Below, in pieces: positions 39,165-49,203 of a stretch of DNA of 64,000 nucleotides. The notes under the pieces are model-generated. The model did no database searches. It had not been told where the DNA came from and worked only from the letters and a program-made list of their open reading frames with translations. How positions within the stretch are numbered: the stretch's first letter is position 1; every line of letters begins with the position of its first letter. Both the position numbers and the translations under genes were made by a program. This DNA comes from Fimbriimonadales bacterium (GTDB lineage: Bacteria; Armatimonadota; Fimbriimonadia; Fimbriimonadales; ATM1). The DNA is taken from positions 1 to 64,000 of the forward strand of contig JBGTLG010000015.1 of assembly GCA_041744215.1 (NCBI GenBank), given 5' to 3'.

Positions 39165-40502
39165 TCATAACGACCGCGTTTTACCTCCTACGAGCCCATC
39201 GTCTACCACAGCGACAGTGTAAGGGCCGTCTGGAATGACCGCGATCGACCGTCCCGAGTGCCTGTTGATCTCCGCCCGCAGCGAGCTCTCGAGGTCGCCC
39301 GAGACAATCTCGATCGGTGAAACCGAGAATCGGCGGAGTTCGTCCGCCGAAAACGTGTCGCATAAGAAACGTAGCCTGGCCGGATCCCCAACCCTTGAAA
39401 GCACCTTGGCGTGCATTTGAAATCCCCACTGGTCGTGAGCGGTCTCAGTGGATGAGGCTAAATGCCTTAGATAGCCGCGCCAATCCCCACCCCACGTCTT
39501 CATGATGTTGGTGAACGACGGGCTACCCAATCCCTCGCTGCATTCGGACGCGCACACAACAATCCCGCCTTCACGCACGATTGGTAAAGCCGAACACATT
39601 CCCTTCCCTGTTTGGTAAAGCGTTTTGTCCAGTGGATGTCCACCGCCGCACGTCACGACGACGTCAAATAGTCGGCCTGCCGATGCACCCGTCCATTCCC
39701 GAACCACTTTAGTCCCGGCAAGCCAAGCATCGACCCAGTCTCCGGCAAAGACAGCCGCCATCTCTTTATCTTCGTTCAGCGCAACATTCACCAGAAAGTC
39801 AATTCCCACCATACTGGCGATGTCCATGGCCTCTTCATGCAGTGGATTCCCTTCTAGTGAGAAATTGGCAGCCAACGGTGAATCCAAGAATTCGAACCCG
39901 TGAAACTTCTGCACCGTTTCTACGTTTACAAGCCCCGGGCAAACTCCCTTTCGGCCTCCGCTGAAGCCAGCCATGAAGTGTGGCTCGATGAATCCGGTGA
40001 CAATCTTGAAGTCTGCTTCACAATACAGCTTGTTTACAAACGCCCGCGTTCCCTTCACGCTGAGTCTCGGCATTTCCAGGAGTTCATCTCTCGCCTCACT
40101 ATGATGATCGACGATCAAGTAGTTAGCCGCTATTTCTGCCCCGACTAACTCGACGCGTTCTTCGGGCGTACTCCCTCGGTGCATCCCAGTCGCAATCAAG
40201 ATCGTCACATCGTCTCGTGATAGCCCGGCGTCATGCAATAGCGAGAGAATCGGCGGAAGAACCTGATAATTTGGAACTGGCCGCGTAATGTCTGAGATCG
40301 TAATCACCGCATTGCTCGGCCTTCGCCTTGCCAACAGCGTGGGGAGTGGTTCGCAGGCGATCGGCTCCAAGAGCGCACATTCGACAGCACCTTGCGGATC
40401 GTCCAGCGGTGGAACCTGCTTTGCTCGCAAAACTACCGCGTCGTCAGGAACTCGGAATCTCAGGCGAGTCTTCCCGTATCTGATGAACGTGCTTTGAGCC
40501 AC
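39165..40502 (-). CDS. larA: Nickel-dependent lactate racemase family protein
   Basis: SDITRP, ATGMHR, EPHFMAGFSGGRK, LYQTGK. Confidence 0.92.
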   Translation of the reverse strand: MAQSTFIRYGKTRLRFRVPDDAVVLRAKQVPPLDDPQGAVECALLEPIACEPLPTLLARRRPSNAVITISDITRPVPNYQVLPPILSLLHDAGLSRDDVTILIATGMHRGSTPEERVELVGAEIAANYLIVDHHSEARDELLEMPRLSVKGTRAFVNKLYCEADFKIVTGFIEPHFMAGFSGGRKGVCPGLVNVETVQKFHGFEFLDSPLAANFSLEGNPLHEEAMDIASMVGIDFLVNVALNEDKEMAAVFAGDWVDAWLAGTKVVREWTGASAGRLFDVVVTCGGGHPLDKTLYQTGKGMCSALPIVREGGIVVCASECSEGLGSPSFTNIMKTWGGDWRGYLRHLASSTETAHDQWGFQMHAKVLSRVGDPARLRFLCDTFSADELRRFSVSPIEIVSGDLESSLRAEINRHSGRSIAVIPDGPYTVAVVDDGLVGGKTRSL

Positions 40503-40522
40503 GTGCGGGATTATGTAGGAAG

Positions 40523-40598
40523 TGGCAGGGGCAACAGGATTCGAACCCGCGACCTGCGGTTTTGGAGACCGCTGCTCTACCAGCTGAGCTATACCCCT
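40523..40598 (-). tRNA. tRNA-Trp (CCA)
   Basis: 76-nt cloverleaf AGGGGTATAGCTCAGCTGGTAGAGCAGCGGTCTCCAAAACCGC...GGTTCGAATCC...CCCCTGCCA with encoded CCA end. Confidence 0.98.
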
Positions 40599-40640
40599 GC
40601 GATACCGCAGATTTTACCCCCGACTCGGGCGACGCACTCC

Positions 40641-41639
40641 TCACGTTGACTCTTCTGCAGAATAGAACCTATCGATCCAGTGCATCACCCGCCTTGCCTC
40701 TTCGATGGTGCAGCCCAGAGATTTGCTTTCGCCGTCGACTGACCGGACAAAATCCGCAATCTCACGGTGATAGTTGAGTTCGCCATCGAAGTTTTCGTCG
40801 GACCATTCGCCCCATCCTGCCGGGTGCCCGCTCTGAGATTCCCGCAAGTAGAGGCGTGTCCAAGGTTTGTGTATTCCGAGGAGCAGTGTTCCCTCCGTGC
40901 CAAAGAGCTGCACATCCCACGTTTCTATCCACTCGTTGGCCTCCCACCCGCAAACATCTCCCGCTACGAGAACGTCGCCGAATTCCACAACTACTGCCGC
41001 AGAATCTTCGTAAGGATGGTCCGGCACTCCGTCAAGTTTTTTCAAACTGCCAGAGATCGAGGTGACTTCACCAAAGAGCACCGTTAGCAGATCCAGCATA
41101 TGACAGAAATCGTTGAAGACAAGCCCACCGCGATCATCTGGATCACAGAACCAAGGGTCGGTTAGCCAGGGCGACATCACAGCGCAGTGAAAACGGCCCG
41201 TCGTTATCCGACCCAGCAGTCCCTGATCGATGATCTGTTTCGCCTTCTCAATCGCAGGGGAGTACCGCAAATGATAACCGACTTGCGCGACGACACCGCT
41301 GATGCGCACCGCATCGCAAACCTGCTGGAGGCTCTTCAGATTGTTCGCTCCGGGCTTTTCGACTAGAAACGGCCGCCTTGCCTCTGCAGCACGTATCGCC
41401 AAGCGAGCACTCTGTATGTTGGTCCCTTCGATAACTACAAGATCTACATCCGCCGACTCCAGCAGTTCTGCATCGCTCGCAAAGGTAGGAACGCCGTAAT
41501 CGGAAGCAACTCGACCTGCGACTTCTTCGTCGGGATCGTACACTCCAGCGATGCTCATCCCGGCCAGCGCGCGCACTGCGCTCATCCGTCCCGCACAGTG
41601 TGGATGAGACACAGCCAAAAAACCAACGCCTATCGACAT
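40641..41639 (-). CDS. Gfo/Idh/MocA family oxidoreductase
   Basis: VEKP, GYHLRY, GGLVFNDFCHMLD. Confidence 0.92.
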   Translation of the reverse strand: MSIGVGFLAVSHPHCAGRMSAVRALAGMSIAGVYDPDEEVAGRVASDYGVPTFASDAELLESADVDLVVIEGTNIQSARLAIRAAEARRPFLVEKPGANNLKSLQQVCDAVRISGVVAQVGYHLRYSPAIEKAKQIIDQGLLGRITTGRFHCAVMSPWLTDPWFCDPDDRGGLVFNDFCHMLDLLTVLFGEVTSISGSLKKLDGVPDHPYEDSAAVVVEFGDVLVAGDVCGWEANEWIETWDVQLFGTEGTLLLGIHKPWTRLYLRESQSGHPAGWGEWSDENFDGELNYHREIADFVRSVDGESKSLGCTIEEARRVMHWIDRFYSAEEST

Positions 41640-41648
41640 GCGGACACT

Positions 41649-42314
41649 TTACTCTCGAAACTCTGCTATAGCTTCGATCGGTTTTCTCTTGATGTTGGGG
41701 ACAACGCAATTCAAGCTTGGATATCCGACCGGCATAAGCACGAACGGCTTCTCACTCATGGGGCGGCCACAAAGCTCTCGCAGAAACGTCATAGGTGCAG
41801 GCGTGTGCGTTAGTGTCGCAAGACCAGATCTGTGTAAAGCCTGGATGAAGAAGCCCACAGCAATCCCGACCGACTCGGTCATATAGTAGTTCTTGATTCT
41901 GCGCCCATCGGGAAGCTCTTCGTAGTCCCTTCGGAACACGATCACCACCCAAGGTGCGACAGTGAGGTAGTCCTTGTTAAAGTCGGTCCCGAGTGGCTCA
42001 AGCGCCTCCAACCATTCTGGCGTCGCTCGCCTTTCGTAGAAATCGATCTCCGCCCGCTCGACTTCAGCGCGCATTCGCTCCTTAAGCTCGTGGTTCGAGA
42101 TAGCCACGAAGTGCCAAGGTTGGCGGTGCGCTCCACTGGGTGCGGTGCCCGCGATTCGGATCGCATTCGCTATGAGTTCTCGTGGCACCGGGTCGTGCGA
42201 GAACATCCTCACAGACCGCCTTCCATTCGCAACGTCTAGGTCTCGCCGCGATACCTCGAGGGAATCGTGAAGGCTCATTCGGTCAGGCCGATAGGCGACA
42301 GGTTCGTAAGCCAT
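41649..42314 (-). CDS. Nitroreductase family protein, iodotyrosine deiodinase (IYD)-like
   Basis: RRSVR, AGTAPSGAHRQPW, FY..R...W...L.PLGT, ESVGIA, TLTHTP. Confidence 0.85.
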   Translation of the reverse strand: MAYEPVAYRPDRMSLHDSLEVSRRDLDVANGRRSVRMFSHDPVPRELIANAIRIAGTAPSGAHRQPWHFVAISNHELKERMRAEVERAEIDFYERRATPEWLEALEPLGTDFNKDYLTVAPWVVIVFRRDYEELPDGRRIKNYYMTESVGIAVGFFIQALHRSGLATLTHTPAPMTFLRELCGRPMSEKPFVLMPVGYPSLNCVVPNIKRKPIEAIAEFRE

Positions 42315-42357
42315 CTGGGCAGTTTTCCATAAGTTGCCTGGGGTGTAGAATCGAATC

Positions 42358-43122
42358 ATGGATCCCCTGCTCACCGAGCGACGCGGCGACGTCGTCCACA
42401 TAACGCTTAACCGGCCGGAAGTTAGAAATGCGTTTGATGAAGACCTGATCGCACGAATAACGAGTGAGTTCAATGCAGTAACGACCGAGAGAGCCGTCAT
42501 TCTAGCGGGCGAAGGGATGACGTTCTGCGCAGGTGGCGATCTCAATTGGATGAGGCTTTCCGTTCACCTCTCTGAGCACGAAAACAGGCAGGATGCATTG
42601 CGACTTGCCCAGATGTTCCGAGCTGTCGACGAATGTCCGTGCCCCGTAATCGCGGTCGTGCAAGGTGCAGCATTTGGGGGCGGCCTCGGACTCGTGTGTT
42701 GCTCCGACATCGTCGTGGCAGCCAACGATGCCAAGTTTTGCTTCTCGGAGACAAAGCTGGGCCTTGCCCCGGCCGTTATCGCTCCGTTCGCAGTAAGGAA
42801 GATCGGAGTGTCAAATGCGCGCCGTTACTTCCTGACCGCTGAGGTTCTGAATGCGGACGAAGCCATGCGCCTCGGCATCGTGCACGAAATCGCCAACTCT
42901 TCCGACATCTACGAGCGGGCGCAGTCAATCGTCGCGGCACTCCTCGCAAACGGCCCTCTGGCCGTCAAGGAGGCAAAGAGACTGATCCGTGAAGTTGCGA
43001 CACGCCCTATCGACGAGGCGCTCGATGCTGCCGCTGACGCTATTGCCAAACTGCGCGTCTCTGAAGAAGGACAGGAAGGCGTGATCGCCTTTTTGGACAA
43101 GCGTCCACCCTACTGGCACTAG
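42358..43122 (+). CDS. Enoyl-CoA hydratase/isomerase (methylglutaconyl-CoA hydratase-like)
   Basis: LNRPEVRNAF, FCAGGDL, AFGGGLGL, SETKLG. Confidence 0.92.
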   Translation: MDPLLTERRGDVVHITLNRPEVRNAFDEDLIARITSEFNAVTTERAVILAGEGMTFCAGGDLNWMRLSVHLSEHENRQDALRLAQMFRAVDECPCPVIAVVQGAAFGGGLGLVCCSDIVVAANDAKFCFSETKLGLAPAVIAPFAVRKIGVSNARRYFLTAEVLNADEAMRLGIVHEIANSSDIYERAQSIVAALLANGPLAVKEAKRLIREVATRPIDEALDAAADAIAKLRVSEEGQEGVIAFLDKRPPYWH

Positions 43123-43156
43123 ACACCATCGAGCCTTTACCTCCGTCTAAGCGATT

Positions 43157-43459
43157 ATGAATTGGTGGAGAGGGCTCGTGGTCATGGGCTTGGTTCTGAT
43201 TTTAGGCCGGATTGGATTTGGAGCCGCGCCGACGGACTCGGGCGCTTGGGTTCCTGACCCCCTCAGCGGCTACGGATGGATTCGATGCGAGGTAGACGCA
43301 CTCGAGTTTTTGAGTCCGCAGAGCGAACAAGTTGATGTCGGCCCCTACCCTGATCTGCCACAGGATCACTGGGCATACGAAGCGGTCATGAGCCTCAAAC
43401 GACTCGGGATCATGGTCGGTTACCCTCCCGCTTCTCCGGCCGGTCATCGAATAAGGTAG
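43157..43459 (+). CDS. Small secreted protein with a single SLH motif
   Basis: Signal peptide; YPDLPQDHWAYEAVMSLKRLGIMVGYP. Confidence 0.75.
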   Translation: MNWWRGLVVMGLVLILGRIGFGAAPTDSGAWVPDPLSGYGWIRCEVDALEFLSPQSEQVDVGPYPDLPQDHWAYEAVMSLKRLGIMVGYPPASPAGHRIR

Positions 43460-43528
43460 CTCCGGCGAGGAACGATCGCTTCGCCTTACAGCGTATCCTC
43501 CCAGAATTCGCCGCGCCAAGCCCTAACC

Positions 43529-44557
43529 ATGAACGCTCTACTCTTTCCAGCCCTACTTCTTGCGTCTTCACAAAGCCCGGTACCTGCAGGTTGGATTGAC
43601 GCGCTTTCCACCATTGAGGCTACGCGGCTCCGTTCGATCGTCACTTATCTCGCATCAGATGAGATGGAGGGGAGGGATTCTCCTTCCGCAGGTCTTGATA
43701 AATCCGCCGCGTTCATCGCCAAAGCGTTCGAATCAGCTGGACTGGAAAAAGGCGGCATCGAAGGATACTTGCATACGACCTCGTACACCAACCGACGCGG
43801 CGAAGAAGGGCGCGTTGCAAACGTCATTGGGATTTTGCCTGGAACCGATTCAGAGCTAAAGGACACCTACATACTTCTCACCGCTCACTATGACCACCTC
43901 GGAAAGAATGATCGACTTGAAGGAGATCAGGTTTTCAATGGGGCTAACGACAACGCGAGCGGAACTGCGGGCGTCATGGAAGTAGCTCACATCCTCTCGC
44001 GTGCGAAGTTAAAAACCAAGCGATCCATCATATTCGTCGCGTTCTGGGGAGAAGAGAAGGGGCTGCTCGGAGCGCGCCACTTCATTGAATCGCAGCCGAT
44101 CCCCATTGATAAGATTGTGGGGGTCATAAACCTCGAGCAAATCGGTCGCACAGATGACACTGAAGCCCCGCGAGTCGCCGCAGTCAGCATGACAGGATTC
44201 GACTACTCGACCTTTGGCCCCCTCTTTGCGTCATTGCAAGAAGCGTCTGGGGTCAAGACAGAGATGCATCCCCGTAACAGCGACGCGTTCTTCGTCGCAA
44301 GCGACAACATAGCTTTCGCTCAGAAAGGAATCCCCGCACACACCGTGTGTACCGCATTCATGTTTCCGGACTATCACAAGGTCACCGACCACGCAGACAA
44401 ACTGGACTACGATAACATGGCGAAGATACTCCGCCTCGTCACACTCGGCGTCCTGTCACTCGCAGACTCCGATCAAGAACCACGATGGAATCTCGAGAAC
44501 CCTCGTGCAAAGCGATACCACGACATTCGCTCAGGCGGGGCTGGCAATAAGAAGTAG
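43529..44557 (+). CDS. M28 family peptidase
   Basis: AHYDHLG, GANDNASG, GEEKGLLG, SDN, DYH. Confidence 0.95.
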   Translation: MNALLFPALLLASSQSPVPAGWIDALSTIEATRLRSIVTYLASDEMEGRDSPSAGLDKSAAFIAKAFESAGLEKGGIEGYLHTTSYTNRRGEEGRVANVIGILPGTDSELKDTYILLTAHYDHLGKNDRLEGDQVFNGANDNASGTAGVMEVAHILSRAKLKTKRSIIFVAFWGEEKGLLGARHFIESQPIPIDKIVGVINLEQIGRTDDTEAPRVAAVSMTGFDYSTFGPLFASLQEASGVKTEMHPRNSDAFFVASDNIAFAQKGIPAHTVCTAFMFPDYHKVTDHADKLDYDNMAKILRLVTLGVLSLADSDQEPRWNLENPRAKRYHDIRSGGAGNKK

Positions 44558-44558
44558 A

Positions 44559-45443
44559 CTAATTCACCCGGGCTGCAGTTGGTCTTTCGTCACTCGCCGC
44601 GTTCTGCGACAGGTTCACAACATCGGTGCCGTCGTTTCGCATCCGAAAAATCTCGCCGACTCCAAATGCAAACACAGTCCAGACGATGCTGTTTCCGTCA
44701 GGAGTATAGTGCGGATCAAAGTTCTCGCTGAGGTTCGACGTGAGTTGGACGATGTCCGTGCCTGTGGCCGCCATAGTGAAAATTTGCGGCAACCCTGCTC
44801 GGTACATCACGAAACAAATCCGTCCCCCGCCAGGGCTGTATGATGGGTCACCCGCGTCGTCCGGATCAAACGTCAACCGAAAAACACTTGGCTCGCCGAT
44901 GTTCCAATTGGCTCGGTAGATATCGTAGCTCCCATTCCGGTCGCTCCCAAAGATAATGTGCTGACCATCCGGATGAAATGACGGACTCTGATTATCTCCT
45001 ACGCTAGCAACAAGGGTAAACGTGCTATTGAGGGTGTCGTAGACATATATGCTTCGATCACCGGCGCCCACTGCGAAGCAAAAGGCAATGTACCGTCCGT
45101 TTGGGCTCCATGACGGATCTGTCTCATCCCCGTTATCGCTCGTCCGCTGAAGCAAGGTAGATCCATCAACGTTCATCGTGTACAGTTCCAGGTTTCCGGT
45201 TCCACCGCGGTTCGCAACGAACGCGATCCGATCCCCCCTCGGGCTGATGGCTGGATCTAGATCATCGACCGAGCCGAATGTCATCTGAGTTTGCTCAGTG
45301 CCGGCAATCGACATGATGTACACGTGATAGAAGCTGCTCCGGTTCGATGCGAAAACGACTTTAGTCGGAGCCGTGAATACGCTGCAGCTGCCCAAGGCAA
45401 TTGCTGATAGGATCGTTGCGGCCAAAGCAATCCATCTGGTCAT
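44559..45443 (-). CDS. TolB-like PD40 repeat lipoprotein
   Basis: Lipobox LGSC; PxxSPxG repeats. Confidence 0.88.
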   Translation of the reverse strand: MTRWIALAATILSAIALGSCSVFTAPTKVVFASNRSSFYHVYIMSIAGTEQTQMTFGSVDDLDPAISPRGDRIAFVANRGGTGNLELYTMNVDGSTLLQRTSDNGDETDPSWSPNGRYIAFCFAVGAGDRSIYVYDTLNSTFTLVASVGDNQSPSFHPDGQHIIFGSDRNGSYDIYRANWNIGEPSVFRLTFDPDDAGDPSYSPGGGRICFVMYRAGLPQIFTMAATGTDIVQLTSNLSENFDPHYTPDGNSIVWTVFAFGVGEIFRMRNDGTDVVNLSQNAASDERPTAARVN

Positions 45444-45536
45444 TTCGTTCTCTCCCTGGGTTCCCAGTTCTTAGGCGGAAACCTCTTTTTCTACTGACGT
45501 ACCCGACTGGCTCCCGATTCGCCGACCTGCGAGGCT

Positions 45537-45569
45537 AAAAAAGAAAAGCCCCGCCAGTCAGGCGGGGCG
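45537..45569 (-). terminator. Intrinsic terminator after rpsT
   Basis: Stem GCCCCGCC/GGCGGGGC followed by TTTTCTTTTTT. Confidence 0.85.
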
Positions 45570-45586
45570 CGGGTCTAATCGTTGAG

Positions 45587-45865
45587 TCAAGCCGCGGAAG
45601 CGGCCTTGTTTGCGGCCCTCGCCATTCGGCTTTTGCGCCGCGCAGCCTGATTCTTGTGGATGATCCCACGCTCAGCGGCTTTGTCGATGGACTTAGCGGC
45701 CAAGGACACGATTGCGGGATCACCGCTCGCTTTGGCTTTCTTGACAAGCGTCTTGAGGGCGCTCTTCGTACTCTGGTTCCGGAGCCGAAGGCGCTCATTT
45801 CTCTCAAGCGCACTCCGCCACTTGCTGCGGCGAAGATCCTTTTGCGACATTTTCTTTTGAGACAT
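45587..45865 (-). CDS. rpsT: 30S ribosomal protein S20
   Basis: RN...[27 protein letters not shown]. Confidence 0.96.
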   Translation of the reverse strand: MSQKKMSQKDLRRSKWRSALERNERLRLRNQSTKSALKTLVKKAKASGDPAIVSLAAKSIDKAAERGIIHKNQAARRKSRMARAANKAASAA

Positions 45866-45944
45866 TGAAATCCTTGTAGAGGGTGGGATTCACCCTTAAT
45901 CTGCCCGAATTCTGGCAGGTCTAGGGGTCAATTTTCAACCCGAC

Positions 45945-47762
45945 CTACTTTTTCATGAACTTGCGCTTGGCCTTGTCAAAGCCCTGATCGACCTTCTTTG
46001 AGTCGAAATGCCAGACTGGGGAGCCGCTCCTCTGGAAGAAGCAGTGGTAGCCAACCAAGATTGACGCAACCATACGGCGAGACATTCGCCGCACCACGTT
46101 CGCCTCCGCCAAGATCGTTAGATAGTCAGCCCCTTTTGAATAGTGGCCAAGCACGTCCATCAGGATTTCATAGTTCGAAAGCTCGGTGGCACGGGCAGCG
46201 AGATCGCGAAGTTCTTCCATCCGTTCAGACGAAATGAACAGGAGCGGGTCACTGTCGTCGACCCAGGCGAACTCGTATACATTGGGCCGCTGCGTCCTGC
46301 TCAAGCTGAAAACTGCGCCGCTCTCAACAGGTTGCTCGAACCACCAGTCGATTAGGTTGAACATCAGCCTGGCCTCGTGGTTCACCCAAACGTTCAACTC
46401 GCGACCTCCCGATTCAACCAGCACGATCTCTTGAACGTTTGGCTCTGCGCCAAGCCAGCCTGTCGGGAACTGGCACATAGGGAATGTCCCGATCTCTCGG
46501 TGGAGTGACTTCAGCACGAGCCGAATCTGCTCTGGCTGCTTCTTGGCCTTCGGAAGCACGTCCTCATCAAGGACGTCCATCGCGAGCGGGTTGCCCATCT
46601 CTTTGCGGATCGCGCTCGTGAATCCGTCGTCCGTTAACTCAACGTCGATCGGCTCACCGTCATCGTCCAAAAACTCGCTCTCAGGGAAGTGGAAGAATTC
46701 TGGCACCGCGTAGATGAATTCGGGCGCAGACTCCGGCTTCCGGAAGCGGTCTCCGCCGACAAACCAAACACGCTCATCCTTCAGAAGGCCTGCCATTGCA
46801 TTTGCAAGGTCCTCGGACCATGTCCGATCAGCGGGCGTGAGCTCGTATTTGTCCTCCAGCATCTTCGCGACGCTGAATGACACATCTGTGCGGAGAATCT
46901 TCTCCACGATGCCGTCTACGTCTTCGGATGAGAACTCGAGCGGCGCGGCCTCTTCAGTCTCGATGACTGGCACGGCCTTCTCTGCTTCCTTCAAAGCCTC
47001 TTTCAGCCACTTCTGGGCCTCAGACTCGGGGTAGACGAACCCGTCAGCAGCTAGCAGGTAACCCGGCTGAGCGACTATCGCATCGAACAGCGCCACAGTA
47101 TCAAAGAGGCTCTCTTCATACGGGTCGCTGGTCGCCAATTGCTTCCAAGCGCTATAGCCGACTGCCTTCAAGCTAAAGGGCGCAGACTTGACGACTTCTT
47201 TAGCTGCTCGCGTGATATCTTTGAAGTTCACGCTGCCGAACTGATCCAGCGCAGATTGCGCCTCCGCAGCGGACATATCGTTCAAAAACAGCGCATCCTC
47301 TTCGCTCTCGCGATCGGCGAGGAAGACCCAACTCGATAACCCTGCCAACCCAGATTCGGTGACGAACGTTTGGCGGCTGCTCGTCAGCATCGCCGGCAAG
47401 CGGAGCGCAAGTGTGTCGGCATCGAGCTTCTTGGTGGCGGCAATCTCGACGGCGAGGTCATCCACCGCCATCGGTCCGCCAAAGTTCTCAAGCGTCTTAC
47501 GAGCTAACTCGAGCACGGGTCCATTGCCAGCTTCAACCCGCGAAGTCGGCAGCCAGCGGCGGTCGTGATACACGAACACCCTGGGATTCGAGGCCAAAAG
47601 CCGTCGAAGATCGGTGAGACTCAGCCCGTTCTTCGAAACTTGTTGGGCCAGGTCGCCCAATCGGAGCGTCGAAGAAACTCGGGCGAAACCTGAAAGGACG
47701 ATCTGGTCGGCGTATGCACGCGCGACTCCCTTGCGATCGGATTTTTTGGAAGCGGTTGCCAA
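45945..47762 (-). CDS. Conserved-looking acidic hypothetical protein (605 aa)
   Basis: Long ORF with normal codon use; no family recognised. Confidence 0.85.
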   Translation of the reverse strand: MATASKKSDRKGVARAYADQIVLSGFARVSSTLRLGDLAQQVSKNGLSLTDLRRLLASNPRVFVYHDRRWLPTSRVEAGNGPVLELARKTLENFGGPMAVDDLAVEIAATKKLDADTLALRLPAMLTSSRQTFVTESGLAGLSSWVFLADRESEEDALFLNDMSAAEAQSALDQFGSVNFKDITRAAKEVVKSAPFSLKAVGYSAWKQLATSDPYEESLFDTVALFDAIVAQPGYLLAADGFVYPESEAQKWLKEALKEAEKAVPVIETEEAAPLEFSSEDVDGIVEKILRTDVSFSVAKMLEDKYELTPADRTWSEDLANAMAGLLKDERVWFVGGDRFRKPESAPEFIYAVPEFFHFPESEFLDDDGEPIDVELTDDGFTSAIRKEMGNPLAMDVLDEDVLPKAKKQPEQIRLVLKSLHREIGTFPMCQFPTGWLGAEPNVQEIVLVESGGRELNVWVNHEARLMFNLIDWWFEQPVESGAVFSLSRTQRPNVYEFAWVDDSDPLLFISSERMEELRDLAARATELSNYEILMDVLGHYSKGADYLTILAEANVVRRMSRRMVASILVGYHCFFQRSGSPVWHFDSKKVDQGFDKAKRKFMKK

Positions 47763-47830
47763 ACTGCAGTAACCTCGGTGAAATCATCGCCGGGTGGCCC
47801 CAGCGAGAGCCTCAGAGTATGGCACATCGC

Positions 47831-49036
47831 CTACTCGAAGCGCATGGCCTCTACCGGGTCCTTCCCAGCTGCTCGCAACGCAGGCAGTAACCCAAAAACG
47901 CATCCCACCCCAATGCTCAACCCAAAGCCGAGCATGACAATAGGGAACGTGAGACTGGCCTGGATAGGGGTGAGAGCCTCGATCAAGAGGATCGAGGCCC
48001 AAGTCGCAACGAGGCCGAGTACACCGCCACCGCTGGTCAGGATTACTGACTCCAGTAGGAAGTGAACGAATATGTGCGACCTCCTCGCACCAACGGTCTT
48101 TCGAATGCCTATCTCGCGCCTCCGCTCATTGACGTTCATCAGCATCACAGTCATGATTCCAACCCCTCCCACGAAAAGTGCGATGGCGCTGATCCCGACA
48201 ACCAAGTAGGTGAGGATGTTTAGCACTTTGAAAATTGCCTGCAGCAGTTCATCATGAGTAAGAACCGAGAAGGTCTCCTCGCCGCCCTGACTCGCCAGTA
48301 CTGCAACCTTGATAGCTGATTTGATCCTCGCTGGCTCCATCGTCGGATTTGTCTCAACGAAAATGCGGTCGATCTGCACCCTCCCTTTAGCCACGGTCTC
48401 AACGGCCGCTTTGAAAGGAATGTAAAGGATTCTCGAGAATGGGTTTCCGCCAAAGACGCCGCCCGAGCCGGACTCGGTGGTGACGCCGACGACACGAAAT
48501 CGGAACCCGTTGATTATCACTATGCGGCCAACGGCCCCCTCGTTCCCAAACAGGCTCTGCTTGGCCGCATCGCCGATGATGGCCTCCGCAGCCATAGGCG
48601 AACTAAACCCACCGCCTTCGCTGTACTCGTGCGGTCGCATATCAAACCAGCTGACATCAACTGCTAAGGCGAATGCCTGGCCGGGCTCTCCTCCTTCTGC
48701 AGCAACGGTGCCGCCAACGAACGTCCACTTAGCCGTGTTCATCACCCCCGTCACGGAACGAACCGCGGCTTCGTCTTTTTCAGTCAACGGGCTCAACCCG
48801 ATGTTCCCGCTGTTACCGAACGGCGAGGAGGTGTCTATCCGACCCGGTACAACGATCACGTTGTTTGCGCCAAGTGAACCAACCTGCTTGGTAACCTCCT
48901 CCCGAACGCCCTGCGCTATCGAAATGAGGAGCATCACCGCCAGCGTCCCAACCATGATTCCGATCGCGCTCAGAAGAGATCGGGACCAGTTCTCGCGTAC
49001 GGAAGCGATCGCATCGGAAACGACTGGTGGCAACAT
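47831..49036 (-). CDS. ABC transporter permease, MacB/FtsX family
   Basis: RSLLSAIGIMVG, VGGVGIM, ERRREIGIRKTVGA, PA.RA...DPVEAMR. Confidence 0.95.
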   Translation of the reverse strand: MLPPVVSDAIASVRENWSRSLLSAIGIMVGTLAVMLLISIAQGVREEVTKQVGSLGANNVIVVPGRIDTSSPFGNSGNIGLSPLTEKDEAAVRSVTGVMNTAKWTFVGGTVAAEGGEPGQAFALAVDVSWFDMRPHEYSEGGGFSSPMAAEAIIGDAAKQSLFGNEGAVGRIVIINGFRFRVVGVTTESGSGGVFGGNPFSRILYIPFKAAVETVAKGRVQIDRIFVETNPTMEPARIKSAIKVAVLASQGGEETFSVLTHDELLQAIFKVLNILTYLVVGISAIALFVGGVGIMTVMLMNVNERRREIGIRKTVGARRSHIFVHFLLESVILTSGGGVLGLVATWASILLIEALTPIQASLTFPIVMLGFGLSIGVGCVFGLLPALRAAGKDPVEAMRFE

Positions 49037-49203
49037 CGGAGACGGCTATTGTACGACGTGAACCCAAAGTCGCGCCTGCCCACAGCAAAACCGCCGGTTT
49101 TGCCGCCTGTCCTCGGGAGAGATCTAAGAAAAGGTGGAAAGAGACCAATAAGAAAGGTGGATAGAGTTCACCTTCCTTGGGGCTTGCGGTCTTTGCTCTC
49201 CTT

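Noticed and set aside
40523-40598. tRNA-Trp as a UGA suppressor or tRNA-Sec
   Set aside because: Anticodon CCA, ordinary D and anticodon stems, short variable loop, 76 nt.
39165-40620. Prophage or island integrated at tRNA-Trp
   Set aside because: No integrase and no duplicated tRNA 3' end seen; flanks are metabolic genes.
45836-45865. Duplicated MSQK at the S20 N-terminus
   Set aside because: Short duplication in a variable region; affects only start choice.
49126-49177. Short direct repeat AGAAA(A)GGTGGA(A/T)AGAG with a hairpin
   Set aside because: Adequately explained as a weak terminator after the 49204 gene; only two degenerate copies.
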